Shown piece after piece: positions 27,794 to 36,877 of a DNA stretch of 37,174 bases. The DNA is taken from positions 1-37,174 of the forward strand of contig JALOPK010000004.1 in the NCBI GenBank assembly GCA_025453925.1, in the 5' to 3' direction. A program made the position numbers and the translations under genes. The notes below the pieces were generated by a model. That model saw nothing but the letters and a program-made list of their open reading frames with translations. It did no database searches and was not told the DNA's origin. The DNA is from Candidatus Eiseniibacteriota bacterium (GTDB lineage Bacteria > JAFGKV01). Numbering within the stretch: position 1 is the first letter of the stretch; every line of letters starts with the position of its first letter.

Positions 27794-28110
27794 GCCCCTT
27801 CTCCCCGCGGGAGAAGGCGGGGATGAGGGGGCGGATACGCGAGGAACGCGGGCGAAGCCCTTGGGCGCCCTCACCTTCTTCCTCTCCCGTTGGGCGAGGA
27901 GATGCGTGTGCTTCAAGGCCTGTAGCCAAGGCAGTCTCTGCCGTGCCGGCACCGGTGACGGGGCAGGTATCGCGATGGGGGCGATAGTGGTGGATCCGAT
28001 GTCAGTGATGGCATACGCCCCTTCTCCCCGTGGGAGAAGGTGGGCGTGGTCCCGGTTGCCCCCGCACCTTCGGATGCGGTGCACCGCCGGATGCGGGAGA
28101 TGAGGGGGCG
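27794..28110. repeat. Cluster of REP-like palindromic elements
   Basis: GCCCCTTCTCCCCGYGGGAGAAGG occurs at 27794 and 28017, each followed by GATGAGGGGGCG (the second after an insert). An inverted degenerate copy CCCTCACCTTCTTCCTCTCCCGTTGGGCGAGG starts at 27868. Confidence 0.7.
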
Positions 28111-28169
28111 AGGACTGGCACGTTATTTCTGCCAAGAGCTACTTCCCGCGATGTCGAAAGGAGATCCGC

Positions 28170-29420
28170 ATGCGCACTTTGACCTCACGTTCCGTCCTGG
28201 CGTCCATTCTGCTGCTATCTTTGACAGCCCGTTCCGAGGAGCCTCTTGTGTTTGAGACAAAGCAGCTTGCCGACCACATCTACGAACTGAGCACCGACGC
28301 CGGTGGGTACCCGGTGAAGGTCATCGCATCCGTGGGCGACGATGGCGTGTTGCTCGTTGACACGGGGGAGAAGGAGAAGATCGACGACCTGAAAGCTGCC
28401 GTGCTGGCATTCGGCAAGGGCGTGCCCAGGATCATCATCAGCACCCACGCGCACGTGGAGCACATCGGTGGTAACGCGACATTCGGCGGGGATGCCGTCA
28501 TCATCGGCCACGAGAACCTGCGCAAACGGCTCAGGACCGGTCTGTACCTGTTCGACGAATTCCCGGAAGAAGCCCTCCCCGACATCTGCCTCACCGATTC
28601 GCTCTCGCTGTACTTCAACGGTGAACAGATCAAGGTTCACGCGTTTCCCGGCGCCCATGACGACAGCGATCTCATCATCTGGTTCACGACGTCGAAGGTG
28701 GTGTGCGTGGCAGGGCTCTGCAACGGGCGGCACTTCCCGTCGGTCGACAAGGTGGGCGGCGATGTCTTGGAGTATCCTGAGACGGTCCAGCGAGTGATCG
28801 ACCTCCTGCCGGAAGACGTGACCATCGTGCCGGGCCACGGCGAGGATGGCACGATCGAAGACTACCGGGCGTTTCATGCCATGCTGGTCGCGACGACGGA
28901 TCTCGTGCGGAAGGGCATCGAGGCTGGAAAGGATCGCGATACGCTCATCAAAGAGGATGTGCTGCACGACTGGAAGGCATGGGAAGCGAGCTACGTGAGT
29001 GCGGATCAGTGGATCGAGTACCTCGCCGAGGGCATCACAGGGGTCGACCGCAAGCCCATGGTCTTCGAGCCGATCTACTACGCGATTCGCGATCTGGGAG
29101 CTCCCGCCGCCGTCCTGTACTACCACGATCTCAAGAAGAACAAGGCAGACGAATACGCATTCGACGAGAACGACCTGGTGTACATCGGGTACAAGCTCTT
29201 CAAGAACGACCGGGTCGAGGAGTCCATCCCGTTTCTCGAGGCGTCCTTGAAGGAGAGCCCCAAGGGCACCTACGCGTATCTCTGCCATGACTACCTGGGC
29301 CGGTGGCACACGACGCAGGGCGACACGGCCCGCGCGATCCGTGCGTACGAACGCTCCCTGAAGCTGAACCCGGAAAACACCCATGCCGCGGACATGCTGA
29401 AGGAGCTCAAGAAGAAGTAG
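28170..29420 (+). CDS. Exported MBL-fold metallo-hydrolase (cyclase-like) with a C-terminal TPR
   Basis: AAGGAG RBS, signal peptide, GVLLVDTG, STHAHVEHIGGN, PGAHDDSD and IVPGHG motifs; C-terminal AIRAYERSLKLNPEN TPR. Confidence 0.88.
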   Translation: MRTLTSRSVLASILLLSLTARSEEPLVFETKQLADHIYELSTDAGGYPVKVIASVGDDGVLLVDTGEKEKIDDLKAAVLAFGKGVPRIIISTHAHVEHIGGNATFGGDAVIIGHENLRKRLRTGLYLFDEFPEEALPDICLTDSLSLYFNGEQIKVHAFPGAHDDSDLIIWFTTSKVVCVAGLCNGRHFPSVDKVGGDVLEYPETVQRVIDLLPEDVTIVPGHGEDGTIEDYRAFHAMLVATTDLVRKGIEAGKDRDTLIKEDVLHDWKAWEASYVSADQWIEYLAEGITGVDRKPMVFEPIYYAIRDLGAPAAVLYYHDLKKNKADEYAFDENDLVYIGYKLFKNDRVEESIPFLEASLKESPKGTYAYLCHDYLGRWHTTQGDTARAIRAYERSLKLNPENTHAADMLKELKKK

Positions 29421-29502
29421 ACACAGACCGTTGGGTCGGGAGGGCAGAGCCGCTCTCCGCTACGAGGCTTCTCGGCACGTCCGGGGAGTCTCGACGCGCA
29501 TC

Positions 29503-29530
29503 GGCACTATTCTCATATGAGAATAGTGCC
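29503..29530. other. Perfect 28-bp palindrome between convergent genes
   Basis: GGCACTATTCTCAT|ATGAGAATAGTGCC with no spacer. Confidence 0.85.
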
Positions 29531-29722
29531 ACAGGACGGAGAACGCCCCGACCTCAGGGGACACACCGGGCTCATCGCGCTCAGCCACACGGACGCGACA
29601 GAGCACGTCCCTCCAGGGGCATCACCCATTCCCCTGTTCCGTGTATGGACGTTCGATGTTCTTCCCCTGTCCATCCTTGTCCCATGAATGGAGGGACGAC
29701 CTCCGTGTCGTCCGCCGCCGCT

Positions 29723-32046
29723 CTACGGGATGTCCGCCTCGAAGTCGGCTTCGCCAACACGGTTGGAGATGGCAAGGACTGCTTCCGCCGCATCCACCGC
29801 CATGACCAGGTAGGTCCATTCAATAGCGGCATCACCGACTCCATTCGAGCTGGACCACGTCGTCGTTGTGGAGGGGAGAACGGTGATTCGGAACTGATAG
29901 CCTGGGCCGCTGCCCGGCACGAACCAGGGCAGGCCGGAGGCGCCATAGACCCAGTAGTCATGCGTCCCCGTCACCGAGTTCCACGTGAGCTGCACTGCGC
30001 CGCCCGCCAGCACCCCGTTGAGCTGGAACATCTGGGGCCCAATCATCCGTGCGTACTTGAGATCATTGTTCGTCTCATCCCGGTAACTGATGTGCGGATA
30101 GCCGAGGCTGTCCAGTTCCAGGGAAGTCCACGAACCTACCTGCGCCTGGGAGTCTACGGTCTGCAGGCGCCAGCCCGATGTGTCTTGGTATGCATATCTC
30201 AGATCGTCGTTCGTTTCGTCGTGGTAGCTGATGTGAGCAAAACCCAACGCGTCTAGCGCCAGCGATGTGAACGTGCCCACGTTGCCCCCCGCATCCACGG
30301 TCTCGGCGTGCCAGCCCGCCGCGTCGCGGTAGGCGTATTTCAAGTCGTCGCTCGTGTCGTCGAAATAGCTGATGTGGGGCTCGCCTGACCCGTCCAGGGC
30401 GAGCGAGGTATGCCAGCCCACGTCTCCCAGCGCATCCACGGTTTCGGTGTGCCAGCCAGAGGCATCACGATAGGCGTACTTGAGATCGCACTCACCATTC
30501 TCCCCCCCGGCACAATAGCTGATGCGGGGCTGTTCCGAGGCGTCCAGGTCCAATGAGGGGTAGTAGCCTACGTTCCCCCCCGCCGCGTCCACGACCCCGG
30601 TGTGCCAGCCGGATGCATCCTGGTACGTGTACTTCAGAGTGCGGTTCCCCTGGTCGTGGTGGCTGATGTGGGCCCAGCCCCATCGATCCAGGGCCAGCGA
30701 CGTGCACAGGCCAACCTCCGACGGTGAGGCGTTCGCGGTGTCGGTGTGCCAGGCTGTGGCACTGCGGCAGGCGTACTTCAGGTCGTAGCCCGGGTAGGCG
30801 TTGTAGTAGCTGACGGCGGGATACCCTGAGTCGTCCAGCGCGAGGGAGGTCCACCGCCCCACATCCCCCGCCTCATCCGCCCTTTCGGTGTGCCAGCCGG
30901 AAAGGTCACGGTTTGCGTACTTGAGGTCCCCCCTCTGCTCATCGTAGTAGCTGATGTGGGGTCGACCTGATCCATCCAAGGCCAACGAGGTGTGCGACCC
31001 CACATCCCCTTCCGCATCAACGGTCTGGATGTGCCATCCCGAGTCGTCCTGGCACGCGTACTTGAGACCCCCGTAGCTGATATGCGGATAGCCCGCATCA
31101 TCCAAAACCAGAGAGGTGTGCGTGCCACCCTCCACATCCACAGTCCGGATGTGCCAGCCGACCGTATCCTCGTAGGCATACTTCAGATTATCGGTGGAGC
31201 CGTTCCAGCTGAGGTAGCTGATGTGTGCATGGCCCAAGGCGTCCACGATAAGGGTGAAACGTCTAGCGCAAGCGACGTGTACCAGCTCCCATCCCCCGCG
31301 GAATCCACCGTCTCGAGGTGCCAAACAGTCGAGTCTCTGCGCGCGTGCTTGAGGTAACCGTTCGTGTAGTCATGGTAGCTGATATGCGGGTTGCCTGAAA
31401 CGTCTAGGGCAAGGGACGTGTACCAGCCAACGTGGCCGTCAGAGTCGATAGTCTCAACGTGCCATCCCTCAGCATCCTCGCATGCGTACTTGAGATCGTG
31501 GTTCGTGTGGTCGTAGTAGCTGATGTGGGGATTGCCTGAGGTATCCAAGGATAGGGAGGTGTAGAAGCCCACACTACCTGTCGAGTCGATGGTCTCCAGG
31601 TGCCAGCCACTGGCATCACGCCACGCGTACTTCAGATCGGAGTTCGTGCCGTCGTAGTAGCTGATGTGGGGCCACCCCGAGGCGTCAAGGGAGTTCGTGC
31701 CGTCGTAGTAGCTGATGTGGGGCCACCCCGAGGCGTCAAGGGCCAACGACGCACTCCAACCCACATCCTGCGACCAGTCCGCCACCTCGTAGTGCCACGA
31801 TGTCCCGTCGTGGAAAGCGTAGTACAGGTGATCCTGTCCGTAGGCAAGGTGGGGGCGACCCGCCTCGTCGATACGAAGACATCTGTCGGTCATGCCGTCG
31901 ATCTGCTTCCCGTACTCCACCACCTCGATCTCCCAGGTCTGAGCGAGGGCTGGGTCTACGCCCAGGGAGGAAGACAGGACGACGGACAACAGGGAGAGGA
32001 AGGTCCGGGAACGTTGGCGGTACTGGCGTGAATACGAAGGATTCAT
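29723..32046 (-). pseudogene. Exported beta-propeller repeat protein (WHxETVD...TSLALD..G.PHISY...DLKYA repeats) with an FN3-like C-terminal domain, split by a frameshift
   Basis: ATG 32046 with signal peptide (...PALAQ). Thirteen ~46-aa repeats run across ORFs 31183..32310 and 29723..31324, with the frame change near 31255. Could instead be an assembly error. Confidence 0.8.
31639..31740. repeat. Perfect 51-bp tandem duplication (in frame, LDASGWPHISYYDGTNS x2)
   Basis: GGAGTTCGTGCCGTCGTAGTAGCTGATGTGGGGCCACCCCGAGGCGTCAAG at 31639-31689 and 31690-31740. Confidence 0.95.
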
Positions 32047-32249
32047 CGGAGACCCCTTTCCTGCATGTGGCGACGGACCGGTCCTGAAGCGGGACCCTTG
32101 CCACCGTGCTCGAAACCGCAAGGAAGGGATCGTCGCTTCCGAAGTCAATCCCCTGCGGCGTTCCACGGAGCCAGGCTCCCCTGGAATGGACTCGGCCCCA
32201 CAATTCCCTGAACAAACATCGCCTTCCTGCGTACTAGTGTTCCAGAGCG

Positions 32250-32276
32250 TGCAACTGTGGGCCGTGCACGCCCGAA
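32250..32276 (+). promoter_or_regulatory. Putative ECF-type (autoregulatory) promoter
   Basis: TGCAAC-17 bp-CGAA, 27 nt upstream of the ECF sigma start; fits the generic AAC/CG(T/A) ECF pattern. Confidence 0.4.
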
Positions 32277-32303
32277 TCACGACACGACCAAAGGAGTCGC
32301 AGG

Positions 32304-32858
32304 GTGACACCTGACCTGGATCAACTGGCGCTCAGTCTGAAGATGGGAGACATCGAATCCCTGAAGGAGCTGATCGATTTGCTCACCAGGAGGCTTATCG
32401 CCGTGGCGTATCGATACACCGCTGATTGGGAGATGGCCCGCGATCTCACGCAGGATACGTGGCTCAAGGTACTCCAGTCCATCCATCGGTACGATCCCTC
32501 CCGGCCATTCGAGCAATGGCTGGCCACGATCCACCGCAACGGCTGCATCTCCTACCTGCGGCGATCGTCGCGCCGTATGGAACAACCTGAACCGGCCGAT
32601 GTGATCGAGAGGGCAGCAGATACTGTCGCGGACGGGCCGGGGCGTGACCTTGAATCACGCGAGTTTGCCGCCCGGCTCGCCGGCGCCGTGCGCCGTCTGA
32701 GTCGCAGGCAGCAGGAGGTCTTCAGCTTGGTCGATCTGGATGAGGTGCCGCAGGCGGAGGCTGCGCGAACGCTGCATATGAAGCCGACCACCCTGCGGAG
32801 CACGCTGCATGCCGCACGACGACGCTTAGCCTCACGGCTCAGTCACGGAGAGGTGTGA
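32304..32858 (+). CDS. ECF RNA polymerase sigma factor
   Basis: AAGGAG RBS; ARDLTQDTWLKV...YDPSRPFEQWLATIHRN and LSRRQQEVFSL...TLRSTLHAARRRL motifs. Confidence 0.93.
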   Translation: MTPDLDQLALSLKMGDIESLKELIDLLTRRLIAVAYRYTADWEMARDLTQDTWLKVLQSIHRYDPSRPFEQWLATIHRNGCISYLRRSSRRMEQPEPADVIERAADTVADGPGRDLESREFAARLAGAVRRLSRRQQEVFSLVDLDEVPQAEAARTLHMKPTTLRSTLHAARRRLASRLSHGEV

Positions 32859-33646
32859 CGATGGGGAAGATACCATGCAAGGACCTGGACGCGCGGATCG
32901 ATGATCTGCTGCGCCATCGCCTGCCGGAATCGGAACAGCGCGAACTCCATGACCACATCGCCCAGTGCCCGCGGTGCGCGTCGCTGCTCGAGCTACGCCG
33001 GGCACTCATGACCAACGATCTCGCATCGCTGCAAGACAGGGTTCCCGCGGAAATGGTCGCCGTGATGTGGGAATCGATCCAGGGCGCGCTGATGTGGCGT
33101 GGCGGTCGAACTCCACATACTCGGACCTGGGTGAGGCACGTGGTTCCCCTGCTGGCCGCCGCCACGGTGGTCGCGTCGTGCCTGGGCGGCTACCTCGCAG
33201 ATGAGCTCCACTCCTCGCGAGAGCGGGAGTCTCACCTACTGGGAATGGTACAGCGTCAGGAACGTCTGCTTGCGGCGACCTACCGCGGGTCTGCGAACGC
33301 CATGGGTGGCCGTCTTGAAGACAGAGGCCCGACTGCGGCCGCCCGCTGGATACTGCCACCGGATGCCACCGTGGGCACGCTGACCGCCCTGCTCGATCGG
33401 TTGCCCGACGACTTCACCGTCGTCTCAGCGATGCAGGCTCGGCAGTACGGGTATTGGGGTTTGGCGCAGGTCCTGGCCTCCCGCCTTCGCGGCGCCGTTG
33501 CCGTTGAGGATGGACTGCAGGCGGGAGAGATCCGGAGAGCCATTGAGATGTATGGGGTTGACGCGGACACGCCGATCAACCCGCACCGTCTGCTCCGGCG
33601 GATGGAACTATGGAACGATCGACCCGTGAAATCGGGCCGCACCTGA
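32855..33646 (+). CDS. Putative zinc-finger (HxxxCxxC) anti-sigma factor
   Basis: C...HIAQCPRC, one TM helix (VVPLLAAATVVASCLGG) and a periplasmic C-terminal domain; coupled to the sigma stop. Confidence 0.8.
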   Translation: MTMGKIPCKDLDARIDDLLRHRLPESEQRELHDHIAQCPRCASLLELRRALMTNDLASLQDRVPAEMVAVMWESIQGALMWRGGRTPHTRTWVRHVVPLLAAATVVASCLGGYLADELHSSRERESHLLGMVQRQERLLAATYRGSANAMGGRLEDRGPTAAARWILPPDATVGTLTALLDRLPDDFTVVSAMQARQYGYWGLAQVLASRLRGAVAVEDGLQAGEIRRAIEMYGVDADTPINPHRLLRRMELWNDRPVKSGRT

Positions 33647-33657
33647 GGAGGCTTACA

Positions 33658-34611
33658 ATGAGTCGCGGAATTCGCAGAGCCTGGCTGGGCGTCGTGGTCG
33701 TTGGGTTGCTCCTTACGGCAGGATGCAAGGATTTCATCATAGAGACCGGGATTAACCCCGACGGCAGCGGTACCCGTGCGATCACTCTGGAGGCGGGTTC
33801 GCTTGAGAACGATGACACCGGCCTCACACTCGACCAGTACCGGCAACTCCTCGGGGTCACCGAACAGCGCGGATGGCACCTCGTCTGGGAAGAATCTCCC
33901 CAGGATGGGGAGAGAAATGCGGTGTTCTCCCGCAATGCACGCATCCCGGGAATCGATTCCTGGAGCGGGGCCTCGGGTGATATCACTCTCCAGGGCGCTC
34001 TCGCGGGTTCCCCCTTCGCGTCTGTGCGCGGTGTGAACGAGGTGCGGGCTACCACCGCACGGGGTGCCCAGAGCACCACATACGAGTACCGCGAGACCTT
34101 CGACTGGCGCGGCCTGCGCGAAGCGCTGGTGGACTTCGTGGCTGCACGACTCGTGGAAGAAGTAGCGCGGGAGTTCCCCGGCATCACGCCGGAAGATCGC
34201 GCCGAATTGCGGGGATTGGCCGCCGGGGCGACCGCCATGGACCTCCCCAGGCTCTTTGATGTCTCGGATGAGGAGCGGGCATCATTGCCGATGGTCAGAA
34301 CGGTAGGGATCTACGGGACGCACGTTCTGTCACGGCGGGGCATCGCCGCGGCGCCCGCCGACCTCGAAGCGATCGCCGCGCGTGTCTTGGACGATCCGGA
34401 GAGCCGGCTGGAAGACTTCCTTTCTACGAACCTCCCGGGAGTCTATGCGGTCGCCCTGACCAATGTGTCGCTCTCCGTGACCCTCCCGGGCACCATCGTC
34501 GAGTCCAACGCGGATGCAGTGGAAGCCAGCACGGTCAAGTGGGAGTTCGGGATCCTCGACGCGCTACGCGGACCGGTCACCATGCACGCAACCTCCGAGC
34601 TGCGCAAGTAG
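33658..34611 (+). CDS. Putative lipoprotein
   Basis: GGAGG RBS, ATG 33658 and lipobox LTAGC; INPDGSG and VTLPGTIVESNAD motifs reminiscent of LppM/DUF3153-like lipoproteins. Confidence 0.8.
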   Translation: MSRGIRRAWLGVVVVGLLLTAGCKDFIIETGINPDGSGTRAITLEAGSLENDDTGLTLDQYRQLLGVTEQRGWHLVWEESPQDGERNAVFSRNARIPGIDSWSGASGDITLQGALAGSPFASVRGVNEVRATTARGAQSTTYEYRETFDWRGLREALVDFVAARLVEEVAREFPGITPEDRAELRGLAAGATAMDLPRLFDVSDEERASLPMVRTVGIYGTHVLSRRGIAAAPADLEAIAARVLDDPESRLEDFLSTNLPGVYAVALTNVSLSVTLPGTIVESNADAVEASTVKWEFGILDALRGPVTMHATSELRK

Positions 34612-34615
34612 ACGG

Positions 34616-34643
34616 AGGGTGCCGCGGCAGCCGCAGCACCTTC
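34616..34643 (+). terminator. Weak terminator-like hairpin after the lipoprotein gene
   Basis: GAGGGTGC...GCACCTTC outer stem with an inner GCGG/CCGC stem; no U-tract. Confidence 0.3.
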
Positions 34644-34803
34644 GACCGGTGGAGCCGGCACGTCCGCCGGGATCCTGCCCGAGCGGACGTGCCGTGCGGC
34701 GCATTTCCCGGCGCGTGCACTCCTCTTGACGTAGACCCCTACGCCGCCCCTGAATAGCCGCGTTCAGAACACTGCTGAGGTACGAACGCGAGAGGGAGCT
34801 TGC

Positions 34804-36753
34804 GTGCAGCGACGACCACCATTGCCGCGTGAAGAACCGGAAAAGCGCCCGTGCGTACCCGTGTTTGCCGCGCCGCTGAAGCGGAGCCACGAAACGGTCG
34901 TGCTCGGCGTCATCCTGCTGCTGTGCCTTGCGATGTGCGGGTGGTACCTGGCCGACGCGTGGAGGTTGAATCACGGGTTGGGCTTCCCGCTGGATGACTC
35001 GTGGATTCATCTGACGTTCGCGCGCAACCTCGCGATGCACGGTTCGGTCGCTTACTATCCCGGCTATCCTCCCGTGGCCGGCTCGACCTCGCCCCTCTAC
35101 ACCGGCCTTCTGGCGGCGCTCTACCGGATCGGCCACAACGAGTTTGTCATCAGCTACCTCCTGGGTGTAGCGGCCTTTGTGGCTGCCACGCTCCTCTTCC
35201 ATGCCCTGCTGAGATGTGAGCTCCCCGGCGAGCCCTGGCTCGCGTTGGCAGGAACCCTGCTCCTCGCCACCCAGCCACGCCTTGTGCTCATCGCTCTGTC
35301 GGGGATGGAGACGACCCTGTTCATCGCGCTGATTGTCGGCTCGCTGCTGGCGTATCGCACCCGACGCGCCGTCAGCCTCGGCGTGTGCCTCGGGCTCCTC
35401 GTGTGGTGCCGTCCCGACGGTCTTGTGTTGTGGCTGGCCATTGGCACGGATTGGGTGGTGCGGCTGCTCTCCCGTCGGCATCCCGACGCGCATCGCTGGC
35501 CAATCCGCCCCATGCTTACGTCATTCGCCATCGGCATCATGCTCCTGGGGTGCTATGCTCTGTTCAACTGGGCGCTGTCCGGCTCCCCGCTTCCCACCAC
35601 GTTCGGCGCCAAGGGGGCGTACTACCGTGCAACCATGACCAGGGAGCACTTTCTCCTGACTGAAGTCGCCGAAACGTTCGGGGGAAGAGAACTCTCCATG
35701 CTCTGGGTGTTCGCGGTGGCCGGTTTCATTCTCGTCGTATGGCGGACCTTGGAGCACTCCGCCCCCTCCCGGTTGGTCGACGCGCTGTTCGTCCTGGGCT
35801 TGATCGGCGCGTACTACCTTGCCCTTCCGTTCGCGCACCGGTTTGCCAGGTACATCCTACCAGCGTTGCCATCCTTCCTTCTCGTGGCAGTCTGGGCGGT
35901 ACGCAAAGTCTCGTGGGCTCTGGCCAAGCGGGAACGGCTCTGCGTGCTGGTGCGCTGGGTGCCCGCTGTCCTTCTTTGCGCCCTCCTTGTGCAGTGGGGA
36001 ACCAGCGCACCTCACTTCGCGGATGTATATGCGTATTGCTGCGCATACCATAAGACCCATCACGTCGCAGCAGCCCGCTGGATCGCCGCCAATACGCCCA
36101 CCGACGCAAAGGTGGGTACCCACGACATAGGTGCAGTGGCGTTCTACGGCGGCAGGCGCGTGGTCGATATGGCCGGAATCGTGAGCCCGGAGGTTGTCGC
36201 GCACATCGGGAAGCCCGATTTCACCTCCTATCTCGATGACCTCCTTTCCCGATTGGGCGTCACCCATACGGTGACCATGGGAGACTGGTTCGTACCCGCC
36301 AACTCCCCTGTGCTCTTTGTTCCTTCGCCTGAACCGGAGGTCTTGTTCGTCCATGAATTCATTCCGGGTGTCTCTCACATCGAGCTCCCGATCGTCGCCA
36401 GCCTGAATGCCCGGGCGGGAAACCTGCTGGATGAAGGGAGATCCCAGGAAGCGCTGGGGCTTCTCGCGGAGGCCCTCAGGCTCGACTCGCGTTCCTCCCG
36501 CGCCTTCCTTCTCGCCGGCGTTGCCCACGCCATGCTCAGCGACGATGCCCGTGCCCAGCCCTTGCTCGACCGCTCGCTGGAACTGTTCACCGGAAGCGCG
36601 CTTACCCACTTCGAGTTGGCGCGACTTCACCTGCGTGCCGGAAACCTCGCCGAAGCGGTGACCCGCCTCCGTGCGAGCCTCGTGCTCGACCCCTCCTTCG
36701 AACCCGCACAACGGCTCCTGGCGGAGATCTCGCATGGGTACGCCGTGAACTAG
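34804..36753 (+). CDS. GT-C-fold membrane glycosyltransferase-like protein with C-terminal TPRs
   Basis: GFPLDDSWIHLTFARNLA, GSTSPLY, SGMET, CRPDG, PLPTTFGAK and AARWIAANTP...THDIGAVAFY...VVDMAGIVSPE motifs, then about 3 TPRs. Start at 34804 or slightly downstream. Confidence 0.85.
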   Translation: MQRRPPLPREEPEKRPCVPVFAAPLKRSHETVVLGVILLLCLAMCGWYLADAWRLNHGLGFPLDDSWIHLTFARNLAMHGSVAYYPGYPPVAGSTSPLYTGLLAALYRIGHNEFVISYLLGVAAFVAATLLFHALLRCELPGEPWLALAGTLLLATQPRLVLIALSGMETTLFIALIVGSLLAYRTRRAVSLGVCLGLLVWCRPDGLVLWLAIGTDWVVRLLSRRHPDAHRWPIRPMLTSFAIGIMLLGCYALFNWALSGSPLPTTFGAKGAYYRATMTREHFLLTEVAETFGGRELSMLWVFAVAGFILVVWRTLEHSAPSRLVDALFVLGLIGAYYLALPFAHRFARYILPALPSFLLVAVWAVRKVSWALAKRERLCVLVRWVPAVLLCALLVQWGTSAPHFADVYAYCCAYHKTHHVAAARWIAANTPTDAKVGTHDIGAVAFYGGRRVVDMAGIVSPEVVAHIGKPDFTSYLDDLLSRLGVTHTVTMGDWFVPANSPVLFVPSPEPEVLFVHEFIPGVSHIELPIVASLNARAGNLLDEGRSQEALGLLAEALRLDSRSSRAFLLAGVAHAMLSDDARAQPLLDRSLELFTGSALTHFELARLHLRAGNLAEAVTRLRASLVLDPSFEPAQRLLAEISHGYAVN

Positions 36754-36816
36754 CTCAGAACGCCAAGCAGGGTCGCCCGTGGTGCACCATGGCGTTGATG
36801 TCCCATGCCACGCGTC

Positions 36817-36863
36817 TTGACAAAACGCGAATCAGTATGATTCTTACCTCAGAATCATTCCTA
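36817..36863 (+). promoter_or_regulatory. Promoter -35 (TTGACA) plus two tandem Fur/Per-box-like 7-1-7 sites
   Basis: TTGACA at 36817-36822; TCAGTAT-G-ATTCTTA (36832-36846) and TCAGAAT-C-ATTCCTA (36849-36863) in an AT-rich patch directly before a Fur-family gene. Confidence 0.6.
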
Positions 36864-36877
36864 CATAGGAGGAGTTC

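Noticed and set aside
30040-31900. Regularly spaced nucleotide repeats as a CRISPR array or DGR template/variable repeat
   Set aside because: The repeats are degenerate at synonymous positions and encode protein repeats. There are no unique spacers, cas genes or reverse transcriptase, and the 51-bp copies are identical rather than adenine-variable.
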